From an uncultured Candidatus Binatia bacterium (GTDB lineage: Bacteria; Desulfobacterota; Binatia; Bin18), in the NCBI GenBank assembly GCA_965200965.1, contig OZ241744.1, forward strand, positions 3,008,001 through 3,072,000: 64,000 nt of DNA, written 5' to 3'. Made by a program: the position numbers and the translations under genes. Below are positions 7,967-17,022 of this stretch, piece by piece; the first letter of the stretch is position 1, and each line of letters opens with the position of its first letter. The notes under the pieces were generated by a model, which was given only the letters and a program-made list of their open reading frames with translations, did no database searches and had not been told where the DNA came from.

Positions 7967-10321
7967 TTACAGGCCGAAGGAGCGTTTGACTTCGAGAAAG
8001 AGGCGGTCGTTTTTGCCGGTGAAATGTCGCCTGCGGAGCCGCCTGGCCGGGGCCGCGTACTGGCCGAAGAAGCCCGAGCGGGGGCCGATGAAGAGGTCAA
8101 GGCCGAGCGTCAGCGACAGAAAATCGTTGATCTGATACTCGACCTGGGGACGAATCAGGAGTTCGCCAAAGTTGATGCCGTACAGGGCGATCAACTCGGG
8201 AAACAGGGTTTCGTTGAGGAAATCGGCGCGCAGGAAGACCGACACGACGTTGTTGACCGCTTCGTCCGGGATGTCCGTGGGTTTATTGAAGATCACATTC
8301 TGGAAGAACTGGAAGTTGGCCATCAGGTTGTCGTTGACCGTCCAGTCCAGGCCCAGCACATAGGACAGGTATTCCCGCTGGCGGATGCCGTCCGGCTCGG
8401 TGGGGTCGGTAGACACAAAATGCTGCCCCAGGGTCAGTCCGCCCTCACCCCTGATGACAAACACATCAAAGGCATAGTTGAAGGTTCCGCCCAGCAGATG
8501 AAAACGGGTGTGGCGCGGCTCGAGCAGCACCTGACCGCCGCCAAGCGTGCGCCGAAAGGCGACCGGGAAATCGCTCCAGGCATAAAAATAGTTCAGCGAC
8601 AGATCCATATTGCGCAGAAAGCGGGCGATCCGAAGGCCGACCTCTGAATCGCTCAGCCGGCCATCCTGGGGTTTTCTGGTCTTGGCGAGTTGAACGAACG
8701 GAGACTGAAGGAGCAGCTCGAGCTGTCCGGCACTTCTGAACTGCCACTCACTGCCCAGGTCTGCGGCCCGATTTTCCTCAAAGTCAAGAAACCACACCCC
8801 CTCAAACACCCAGTCCTTGAAGGTGTAATCGAGCCGCGTGCCCCACAGCGGGATACGCGCGTCAATAAAGTCATCAAGGATGAACTCGCGGAAATCCTGC
8901 GGGTTGATGACATCAAGAATCCGCAGGCCGAGCGACTCGCCCCACACCACCTGCTGGCGGCCCACCCGGAGATCAAAATCGCCGTAGACAATTTCAAGAT
9001 AGAGCTCGCGCAGCTCGGCCTGAAAAAAATCGCCGCTGGCCCAGCGATCAATCGGCCCGGCGGCAAAGTCATGCGCGTCGCTCTCCAGGTGGTTGGCCGG
9101 GTCAAGCAGGGCGTGGCCAATCATGTTCAGGCTTACCCGCTTGTTCAGTTCGACCTCAATGTCGGTCTCCAGCCAGTTCTGGACCTTGGAGAACTGGCGG
9201 GGCGAGTGCAGCCGAAGGGCGGTCTCGTTTTTGAGAAAGGCCGTCCCGTCAACCCGCTCCTGCCACAACTCCTTGAGGCGGCCAGGGGCGGTCTGTGTGG
9301 CCGGCCGCGGGGAAACGACCGGGGCCGGCGCGGCCTCAGACGGGGCCGGCGGCGTTTCCTGGGGCGGGTCCAGAGCAAGGACCGGGGCTGGGGCCGGCGG
9401 CAGCATTGGCTCGGCTGGGACGCTGGCAACTAGGGCGGCCGGGGCCGGGTCGCGGAACAAGACCTGCGTCCGGGCCTCTTCGGGTGTGGGCAGGGAAAAG
9501 ACCAGGCGTAGCCGGTTGTCGGTGGGGTGGACCTCAAAAGGCGGGATATGAGGGCCGGCGAGATCAACCACAAACCGCAGCCGCGATGGGTGGGAGCCTG
9601 CGCGCACATTGTGGACCAGCCTGTCGCCGGCCGGGTAGTGCGCCGACGGCCGGCGTGGGACCGGCCCGGTCACGTCCAGCACAACCCGGGACGGGGCGGA
9701 CAGGGCAAAAGCGTGCCAGCTGTCTGGAGGCTGGGAAAAGAGGAAGCTGAGCGTCTTTTGAGTGCCCTCGACTCCGAGTTGGAGTTCTTGCAGGCGCAGT
9801 GTTGAGGCTGAGGACAGCGATGCGGGGGAGGTGTCAGCGCCCGGCGGGAAGAGCAGTTGGGTGTAGGCGTCCTGGCCGCTGGGGGCGGTTTGCAGGACCG
9901 CGGTCAGGCGCGGGCCGTCACGCTCAATGGTATAGGCCGGCACACGCGCGGTCTTGAAGTCGAGCACAAACCGCAGGCGCTGGGGATGCGTACCCTGGCG
10001 GATGCGCCACAGCGTTTCGTCCTGTGCCGGGTAGCTGGCCGACCGGGCTTTGCCGGCCGGGCCGCTCACGTCAATGACCAGGCGCGCCGGGGCGGACAGG
10101 GCAAAGGCGCGTACCGCGGTCGGGGCGGTCGAGAACTGCCAGCTGACGGTCTTCTGACTGGCCGCGACGCGGAGCCGGATTTCCTGGACCTGGAGAGTGG
10201 AAGCGGCCTGGACCGCGGCAGTCTGAGGACCGGGCCCGGCCACGCTTGTGGCCCACACCAGGACAGCCGCCAGACGGCCGGCGGCTCTCGCCATTCTGCT
10301 TGTGCCCGTCGTCCACGTCAT
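7967..10321 (-). CDS. Outer-membrane DUF1302-like beta-barrel fused to two N-terminal AMIN domains
   Basis: 784 aa; two repeats 'FALSAP(A/S)R(L/V)V(I/L)DV...R(L)RFV(L/V)D' (AMIN), Pro/Ala linker, then 'LRELYL...LRVGRQQVVWGE...ILDVINPQD' barrel ending in F-x-L. Confidence 0.75.
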   Translation of the reverse strand: MTWTTGTSRMARAAGRLAAVLVWATSVAGPGPQTAAVQAASTLQVQEIRLRVAASQKTVSWQFSTAPTAVRAFALSAPARLVIDVSGPAGKARSASYPAQDETLWRIRQGTHPQRLRFVLDFKTARVPAYTIERDGPRLTAVLQTAPSGQDAYTQLLFPPGADTSPASLSSASTLRLQELQLGVEGTQKTLSFLFSQPPDSWHAFALSAPSRVVLDVTGPVPRRPSAHYPAGDRLVHNVRAGSHPSRLRFVVDLAGPHIPPFEVHPTDNRLRLVFSLPTPEEARTQVLFRDPAPAALVASVPAEPMLPPAPAPVLALDPPQETPPAPSEAAPAPVVSPRPATQTAPGRLKELWQERVDGTAFLKNETALRLHSPRQFSKVQNWLETDIEVELNKRVSLNMIGHALLDPANHLESDAHDFAAGPIDRWASGDFFQAELRELYLEIVYGDFDLRVGRQQVVWGESLGLRILDVINPQDFREFILDDFIDARIPLWGTRLDYTFKDWVFEGVWFLDFEENRAADLGSEWQFRSAGQLELLLQSPFVQLAKTRKPQDGRLSDSEVGLRIARFLRNMDLSLNYFYAWSDFPVAFRRTLGGGQVLLEPRHTRFHLLGGTFNYAFDVFVIRGEGGLTLGQHFVSTDPTEPDGIRQREYLSYVLGLDWTVNDNLMANFQFFQNVIFNKPTDIPDEAVNNVVSVFLRADFLNETLFPELIALYGINFGELLIRPQVEYQINDFLSLTLGLDLFIGPRSGFFGQYAAPARRLRRRHFTGKNDRLFLEVKRSFGL

Positions 10322-10330
10322 GCGTGGTCC

Positions 10331-11125
10331 CTAGGGTGCTCCTTTGCGCAAGGACCGCTCGGTGAACAGACTGTCTCTGAAACCCTGATTGAACTTCACA
10401 TTCGAGATATCCAGTTCGGTCTTGTGGCCGGTGATCTGGTTTTCGACCACCGTCCGCTTCCAATTCCAGATGCCGTCAATCAGCGCCCAGTCCTGATACA
10501 TGATCTTGAGCAGCCGGCCCTTGCGGTCGTAGAATTCGGTCTTCGGCGTTGTCCACGTCTCGGCATTCACCCAGGTCAGCTTCCTGCTGTAGATGTAGTT
10601 CGGCTTTTTGGCCACCGCCTGAACCACATACATCTTGGTGCCATTATCGTTTTCAACCCGGAGCAGGGTGTGGGTGTCTTCCTCAACCTCGCGATCTCCC
10701 ATGTCGTCATAGATCATGTCGCTGCCCATGAACGAGTTTTCCTTATCGCCTGAGGCGATCCGGCGGACCTTGCGCAGGGCCGGCAGGTAGATCCACTGGT
10801 CGTCATCGGCCTCGGCATCCTCCTGGGACCAGTTCAGAAAGGTGGTGTCTTTCACGTCCGGCGGCGAGTCAAAATAGATGAACGACTTGCTCGACAGGCC
10901 GTCCTTGCCGTCATAATCTTTCCAGTAGCGCAGGGTGTGACGCTTGCGCTGTTTGCCGGCCTTGTTGGTCAGCGTCCAGGTCGCCTCAGACACCTGATCG
11001 TCGCCGTTCTCGCGCTCGTCAACGTTGATCGCAATCTGGAGGCCGCTCGGTTCGCCCGGAATCTCTTCCGCTCCGGCCAGACCGGGGACCAACAGCATCA
11101 CTCCAGCCACTATCAGAATACGCAT
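10331..11125 (-). CDS. Outer-membrane lipoprotein-sorting (LolA-like) protein
   Basis: Signal peptide; 'SPPDVKDTTFL...DDQWIYLPALRKVRRIAS...SFMGSD...FYDRKGRLLK...FTERSL'. Confidence 0.85.
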   Translation of the reverse strand: MRILIVAGVMLLVPGLAGAEEIPGEPSGLQIAINVDERENGDDQVSEATWTLTNKAGKQRKRHTLRYWKDYDGKDGLSSKSFIYFDSPPDVKDTTFLNWSQEDAEADDDQWIYLPALRKVRRIASGDKENSFMGSDMIYDDMGDREVEEDTHTLLRVENDNGTKMYVVQAVAKKPNYIYSRKLTWVNAETWTTPKTEFYDRKGRLLKIMYQDWALIDGIWNWKRTVVENQITGHKTELDISNVKFNQGFRDSLFTERSLRKGAP

Positions 11126-11173
11126 TGTTCTTCTCCTTTCTCCGTCTATGGGGCACGACGCCACAGCACGAAC

Positions 11174-13735
11174 TCATGCCGAGTGCGCTCCCTCCTGCTC
11201 CCGACCAAACCCGATACGCGCGTCCCGCTCTGGCTGTACAGCCGCGGGCGGTCTCCTGGCGTACACAAAGCGGGGTTTCCAGGTGTTCAGCACCGCCGGC
11301 AGGACGGTCATTGACACCAGCAGACAGGCACTCATATTCAGGGCCAGCATTGCCCCGAGGTAAAAATTGGGCAGAAAGTTCGAGGTCAAAAAGACCAGAA
11401 AGCCGCTGACCACGACCAGGGCGTTGAAAAAGATGGCCTTGCCCGAGGTGGCCATTGTTGCCTCGGTAATGTCCCGGGGATCGCTCAGACCCTCCTGGAC
11501 CTTCAGCCGATACTTGTTGAGAAAGTGGATCGTATAATCAATGCCGATACCGATCACCATGGACGCGGTCAGCGACTTGCCGACCTCCAGCGGGATATTG
11601 AGCAGCCCCATCATCCCAAAGCTGAAAATCATCACCATGCTGATCGGAAGGACGTTGATCAGGCCGGCTACCCAGGAACGAAACATGAACGCGGTCAGCA
11701 AAAAGACGGCGACCAGTGAGGTCACCAGGCTGGACAACTGGCCGGCCACGACCAGCTCACTCATCCGGTTCATCATGTAGCCGGCCCCGGCGTAGCCGAT
11801 CCGAAAATCACTGTCCGTCTCCCAGCTGACCAGCGTCGGGGTCATCCCGGCCAGCCACATGCCAAAGCGGACGCTCAGGGGGTTGGCCGAGCCGCCTGGC
11901 TGTCCGCGGTCGGCCGCCTCCTCGGACGCGCGGCCAAATTCGCGGACGGCAAAGGCATCAATTTTCTGGATTACCCGCAAGACATCTTGGGAGCTGTCCG
12001 AGCGCAGGAAAAACATCACATTGGCGTGCTGATAGTCATAGTCAACGATTTCGTCAAAGTCGTCCGGGTCGCCCGAGAACGAGTACAGCAGCAGATACTG
12101 GGCAACCAGGGCGCGATCGGCCGGGATGACCTCCATCTCGGGCCGGTCCTCGTTCATGACCCGGTTCATGCGCTTGAGATATTCGGCCAGCGACAGCGAG
12201 CCGCCGACCACCGGGTCCTGCTCAATCTCGGCCTGGAGGCGGTCGAGTTTGTTGAGGAGGACGGGGTCCTTGAGTAAATCCGGCTGATGGCCCTCAATGG
12301 CGACGTAGAGCGGCAGGGTGCCCTGGAACTTGCTCCGCAAGACCTCGTCGCCAATCCGCACCGGGCTGCGCGGCTCGAAAGCGCCAATCCACGAGCTATC
12401 GACCACAATCTGCTGGGTGCCGATCACACACGCGCCCATCACCAGACCGGCCGGCAGCAGGACCCACAGCGGTCGGTGTGCCACCCCGCGCCCCAGCCAG
12501 GACAGGGCGCTTGCCGCCCAGCCGGCGGCCGCCAGTTCACCGCTGCGGTCCATCTGGCGGCGGAGACCGGCGCTGACGGTCGGCCTGAGCAGGCTCAGGA
12601 CGGCGGGGAAAAAGGTCAGGGAGAAGATCATAGCCGCCAGCACGCCAAGCGCGGTAAACAGGCCAAAGTAGCGGACCGGCATCATGGCCGCGGTCAGGAA
12701 AGACAGAAAGCCGGCCGCGGTGGTCAGCGAGGTGAACAGCACGGGCTTCCACATCTCCCGCATGGCGAGCAGCACGGCGTCCGAGGAGCTGATATCCGGC
12801 TGCTCCAGGACGGCGTCGTAGTAGCGGCTCAGGATGTGGATCCCGTCCGCCACCCCGACCGCCATCAAGACCACCGGCATCATGGTCGAGATGAAATACA
12901 GCGGCACCCCAAGGGCGGTCATGATGCCGAGGGTCCAGATCACCGCCACCACAACGACAGCCAGGGGCAGCAGGACGCCACGCAGGCTGCGGTAGGTCAG
13001 ATACAGGCCGCCCAGCACGACGACCACAATGAGCGGCAGAAAGGTCTGCATATCGCGCCGCCCGTCTTCCTCAAACGTCACCTCCATAGCGCCGCGGCCG
13101 GTAATGTGCATGACCTCAGGAGCGCCGGCGTCTCGCTTGGCCTGGATCATGTCCCGCAGGCTGCGGTAAATGGCCGCACGCCTGGCCACGCCCTCACGCG
13201 TCCCCTCAGACGGCTCCATTTTGGCGATGATCAGCAGCCCGCTCCCGTCCTGTGAGACGATCCAGTTGACGAACATACTGTTCTCGAACAGCGCCCGTTT
13301 GAGTTCGCGCAGCGCGGTCTGGCCCTCCGGCACATGCTCCATCAACGGATCAACGGCCATGCCATCCGCGGTCCCGGTGATCGTATCCAGGCTGGCAACG
13401 CTGGCCACATCTTCGTCACGGATGGCTTTGATGCCCGGCAGCAGCGCGATCTTTTCGGAGAACTCCTTGACCAGGCCGAGGGTGCGGGGGTTGAAGACGC
13501 CATTCTCCTGCGGGTTGTCATTCAAGACCCCGACGATGATGAGGTTACGGATGCCAAAACGATCCTCAACCAGTTGGTGATAGGTCTGGACCGGGTCCTT
13601 GGGCGGGATCATGGCCTCGGCGTCACCCTCAAAGCGCAGCTGGCGCAGTTCCAGCCAGGCGACGCCGGTACACGCCAGGACGAGCCCAATGACCAGAAAA
13701 CGAAAACGGAGAATCCAGCGGAAAAATGACTCCAT
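11174..13735 (-). CDS. MMPL/RND family transporter (paralog 2)
   Basis: 853 aa; two TM bundles with 'GVADGIH' and 'GIGIDYTIH'. Confidence 0.9.
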   Translation of the reverse strand: MESFFRWILRFRFLVIGLVLACTGVAWLELRQLRFEGDAEAMIPPKDPVQTYHQLVEDRFGIRNLIIVGVLNDNPQENGVFNPRTLGLVKEFSEKIALLPGIKAIRDEDVASVASLDTITGTADGMAVDPLMEHVPEGQTALRELKRALFENSMFVNWIVSQDGSGLLIIAKMEPSEGTREGVARRAAIYRSLRDMIQAKRDAGAPEVMHITGRGAMEVTFEEDGRRDMQTFLPLIVVVVLGGLYLTYRSLRGVLLPLAVVVVAVIWTLGIMTALGVPLYFISTMMPVVLMAVGVADGIHILSRYYDAVLEQPDISSSDAVLLAMREMWKPVLFTSLTTAAGFLSFLTAAMMPVRYFGLFTALGVLAAMIFSLTFFPAVLSLLRPTVSAGLRRQMDRSGELAAAGWAASALSWLGRGVAHRPLWVLLPAGLVMGACVIGTQQIVVDSSWIGAFEPRSPVRIGDEVLRSKFQGTLPLYVAIEGHQPDLLKDPVLLNKLDRLQAEIEQDPVVGGSLSLAEYLKRMNRVMNEDRPEMEVIPADRALVAQYLLLYSFSGDPDDFDEIVDYDYQHANVMFFLRSDSSQDVLRVIQKIDAFAVREFGRASEEAADRGQPGGSANPLSVRFGMWLAGMTPTLVSWETDSDFRIGYAGAGYMMNRMSELVVAGQLSSLVTSLVAVFLLTAFMFRSWVAGLINVLPISMVMIFSFGMMGLLNIPLEVGKSLTASMVIGIGIDYTIHFLNKYRLKVQEGLSDPRDITEATMATSGKAIFFNALVVVSGFLVFLTSNFLPNFYLGAMLALNMSACLLVSMTVLPAVLNTWKPRFVYARRPPAAVQPERDARIGFGREQEGAHSA

Positions 13736-13750
13736 GCAGTGTGGTCTCCC

Positions 13751-16261
13751 TCAGTCGGCGGCGAGCGGGGCCACGGCCGGACGCGCTTGCCGTCCGTACA
13801 CAAAGCGGGGTTTGAAGGTATTCAGGATCGCCGGCAGGACGGTCATCGACACCAGCAGGCAGGCGCTCATGTTCAGCACCAGCATTGATCCCAGGTAAAA
13901 ATTGGGCGTGAAGTTTGAGCTCAGAAACACGGCAAACCCCCCGATGACCACCATCGCATTGAAAAAGATAGCCTTGCCCGAGGTGGCCATCGTGGCTGCC
14001 GTAATCTGCTCTGGATCATGGAATCCGCTCTGAACCTTGAGCTTGTACTTGTTGAGAAAGTGGATCGTATAGTCGATGCCGATGCCGATGACCATAGAGG
14101 CGGTCATGGAGTTGCCAATCTCCAGCCTGATGCCCAGCAGCCCCATGACCCCAAAGCTGAAGAGGATGACCAGGCTGATCGGGATGATGTTGATCAGCCC
14201 GGCCACAAGAGAGCGAAACATGAACGCGGTCAGCAGGAACACGCCGACCAGCGAGGTCACCAGGCTGGACAACTGACCTGCCACCACCAGCTCATTAAAC
14301 CGGACGGTCAGATAGGCGGCCCCGGCAAAACCGAGTCGAAAACCACTGTTGGTCTCCCAGCCGGTGATGGTGGGCTTGATATTGCCCAGCCAGCGGCCAA
14401 AGCGCAGAAACAGCATATCCCGCCAGCCGCCGGCGTCGCTGTTGTCCTGCGCACTGCGGCCAAACTCGCGCAGGGCAAAGTCCTGAATCCGGTCAACCAC
14501 CCGCTGAATATCGCGCGTCCCGTCGGAGCGGAGATAAAAGGTTACGTTGGCGTGCTGATAGTCGTAGTCAACGACCTCATCAAAATCGTCCGGGTCACCA
14601 GAAAAGGAATACAGCAACAGATACTGGGCAACCAGGTCGCGCGAACTCGGCACCAGCTCCATCTCGGGCCGGTCTTCGTTCATCACCCGGTTCATGCGCT
14701 TGACGAACTCGGCCAGCGACAGCGAGCCGCCGACCACCGGGTCTTTTTCGCCCTCGGCCTGCATCTGGTCAAGCTGGCGGAGCAGCCGCGGATCTTTCAG
14801 CGCATCTGGCTCATGGCCCTCAATCGCCACATAGATCGGCAGCGTGCCCTGAAAGCGCTCGCGCAGAACCTCGTCGGCGAGCCGTACCGGACTCTGGGGA
14901 TGGAAGACCTGAATCCACGAGCTATCGACCACAATCTGCCGCAGGCCAAGCGTACACAGCCCCATGACCACAATCGCCGGCACCCATACCAGGAACGGTT
15001 TGCGGGCAACCCCACGTCCCAGCCGTGACAGCGTCCGGGCCGCCCAGCCGGTGGCCGCCAGCTCACCGCCCCGCCCGATTTGACTGCGCAGGCCGGCGCT
15101 GACCTCGGGCCGCAGCATACTCAGCACGGCCGGAAAAAAGGTCAGCGAAAACAGCATGGCGGCCAGCACGCCGACCGCGGTGAACAGCCCGAAGTACCGA
15201 ATCGGCACCATGGCCGCGGTCAGAAACGACAAGAACCCGACCGCGGTGGTCAGCGAGGTAAAGACTACCGGCTGCCACATTTCGCACATCGCCGCCACCA
15301 CCGCCTGGGGGGAAGACATCTCGGGGTGTTCCATGACCTCGTCGTAATAGCGGCTCAGGATATGAATGCCGGCGGCCACGCCAATCGCCATCAGGACGAC
15401 CGGCATCATGGTCGAGATGAAGTACATCGGGATACCGACCGAGGCCATGATGCCCAGCGTCCAGATGATCGACACCACCACCACCGCCAGCGGCAGCAGG
15501 ACGCCGCGCAGGCTGCGATAGGTGAGATACAGGGTTCCCACCACCACCAGCAGGACCAGGGGCATGAACAGCCGCATGTCTTCGCGCGCCTGCTCAGAGA
15601 AGGTCACTTCCATGGCCCCGCGTCCGGCCACATAGAACTGCTCGGGCGTCCCGGCCTCTTCTCTGGCCTGAATCAGTTCGCGGATTGTGCGGTAGATGGT
15701 GGACCGCCGGCGCACGCCCTCCAGGGTGCCTTCGGACGACTCCATCTTGGCCATAATCAGCAGGCCGGTGCTGTCCCGAGACACGATCCAGTCGATATAC
15801 ATGGTGTTGCCGAACAGGCTGCTCTTGAGCGCCTGCAACTCGGCCTTGGTCCGGGGCACGGCTTCCATAAACGGGTCAACCGCCAGGCCGTCGGTAGTGC
15901 CGACGATGTTATCCATAGTCGCCACGCTGGCCACGTCTTCGTCACGCACGGCTTTGATGCCGGGCAGCAGGGCGATTTTTTCAGAGAACTCTTTGACAAT
16001 GGCCAGGGTGCGCGGATTGAATACGCCGTTTTCGGCCGGGTTGTCGTTGAGCACCCCGACAATAATCAGGTCCCGCATACCAAAACGGTTTTCGACCATA
16101 TCGTTGTAATGCTGGACCGGGTCGTCGGGCGGGACCATAGCTTCGGCGTCACTCTCAAAGCGGAGTTGCCGCATCTGGACACAGGCGAGCGCGGTGCAGG
16201 CCACAATCAGCGCGATGACCGGCCAGCGAAAACGGATGATGGTTCGAAAGACAGTTTCCAT
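13751..16261 (-). CDS. MMPL/RND family transporter (paralog 1)
   Basis: 836 aa; 'GVAAGIH' and 'GIGIDYTIH'; highly similar to 11174..13735. Confidence 0.9.
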   Translation of the reverse strand: METVFRTIIRFRWPVIALIVACTALACVQMRQLRFESDAEAMVPPDDPVQHYNDMVENRFGMRDLIIVGVLNDNPAENGVFNPRTLAIVKEFSEKIALLPGIKAVRDEDVASVATMDNIVGTTDGLAVDPFMEAVPRTKAELQALKSSLFGNTMYIDWIVSRDSTGLLIMAKMESSEGTLEGVRRRSTIYRTIRELIQAREEAGTPEQFYVAGRGAMEVTFSEQAREDMRLFMPLVLLVVVGTLYLTYRSLRGVLLPLAVVVVSIIWTLGIMASVGIPMYFISTMMPVVLMAIGVAAGIHILSRYYDEVMEHPEMSSPQAVVAAMCEMWQPVVFTSLTTAVGFLSFLTAAMVPIRYFGLFTAVGVLAAMLFSLTFFPAVLSMLRPEVSAGLRSQIGRGGELAATGWAARTLSRLGRGVARKPFLVWVPAIVVMGLCTLGLRQIVVDSSWIQVFHPQSPVRLADEVLRERFQGTLPIYVAIEGHEPDALKDPRLLRQLDQMQAEGEKDPVVGGSLSLAEFVKRMNRVMNEDRPEMELVPSSRDLVAQYLLLYSFSGDPDDFDEVVDYDYQHANVTFYLRSDGTRDIQRVVDRIQDFALREFGRSAQDNSDAGGWRDMLFLRFGRWLGNIKPTITGWETNSGFRLGFAGAAYLTVRFNELVVAGQLSSLVTSLVGVFLLTAFMFRSLVAGLINIIPISLVILFSFGVMGLLGIRLEIGNSMTASMVIGIGIDYTIHFLNKYKLKVQSGFHDPEQITAATMATSGKAIFFNAMVVIGGFAVFLSSNFTPNFYLGSMLVLNMSACLLVSMTVLPAILNTFKPRFVYGRQARPAVAPLAAD

Positions 16262-16314
16262 CTACACAGGCTCCTGTGGCGAGGCGGGCTGAGCCGTCCT
16301 GGGTCGCCTCTTTT

Positions 16315-16947
16315 TCATGGCGGCGACCCGCGGTCGGTCTGCAACAGGCTGAGCACCAGGTCGGCCAACTGGGCCAGGACTTCCGGACCGGAAAGACCCG
16401 GTGTAATCCGATCCATCAACTGATTGGCGCGCAGGGCGTGGATGATGATCCCGACGATCACAAATGGGGTGGCAGCCGGCGGCAGGGGTTTGAAGATGCC
16501 GCTTTCGATCCCCTCGGCGGTAATCGTCTGCATCGCCACATGGGCGCGTGAAAACCAGCGCTCGGCCAGGGTATGGGCGGCCGGGCTGTGGTCGTCTATG
16601 GCCCGCTGCAGCATACGAAAGCCCTGCGGATTGAGCCGGTATTGTTCCAGAAAGACCTGGACGGCCGCCCGAATTTTCTGCTCAGGCTTACCCGCCCCGG
16701 CCGCTACCGCTTCGAGCCGGGTCACGACCATAGCGGCGTCTTTTTCGAGCAGGGACAGGTAGAGGGCTTCTTTACTCTGGTGGTAGTGGTAGATGAGGGC
16801 CTTGGTCGCTCCGGCCTGCTCGGCAATTTCGCGTATCGACGTGCCGTCAAAGCCGCGCTCGGCAAATAAGGTTTCGGCGACCTGAGCGATCCTGGCCCGA
16901 TAATCGGTCGAGTCAACGGTTTTGACTGGGCGTGCCACGACGGGCAC
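16315..16947 (-). CDS. TetR/AcrR family transcriptional regulator (true start possibly GTG 16938)
   Basis: 'AETLFAERGFDGTSIREIAEQAGATKALIYHYHQSKEALY' HTH. Confidence 0.92.
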   Translation of the reverse strand: MPVVARPVKTVDSTDYRARIAQVAETLFAERGFDGTSIREIAEQAGATKALIYHYHQSKEALYLSLLEKDAAMVVTRLEAVAAGAGKPEQKIRAAVQVFLEQYRLNPQGFRMLQRAIDDHSPAAHTLAERWFSRAHVAMQTITAEGIESGIFKPLPPAATPFVIVGIIIHALRANQLMDRITPGLSGPEVLAQLADLVLSLLQTDRGSPP

Positions 16948-16975
16948 AACATAACCGGACGTTCAGTTAAGTCAA
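16948..16975 (-). promoter_or_regulatory. Sigma70-like promoter with overlapping palindromic operator (likely TetR autoregulation)
   Basis: Minus strand TTGACT-N16-TATGTT; imperfect palindrome TAACTGAACGTCCGGTTA (16952..16969, 14/18 self-complementary) fills the spacer. Confidence 0.65.
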
Positions 16976-17022
16976 GAGGGGAGGGGGCAAAAGATGTCAC
17001 TTTTGCCTGCTCTGTTCAGCGT

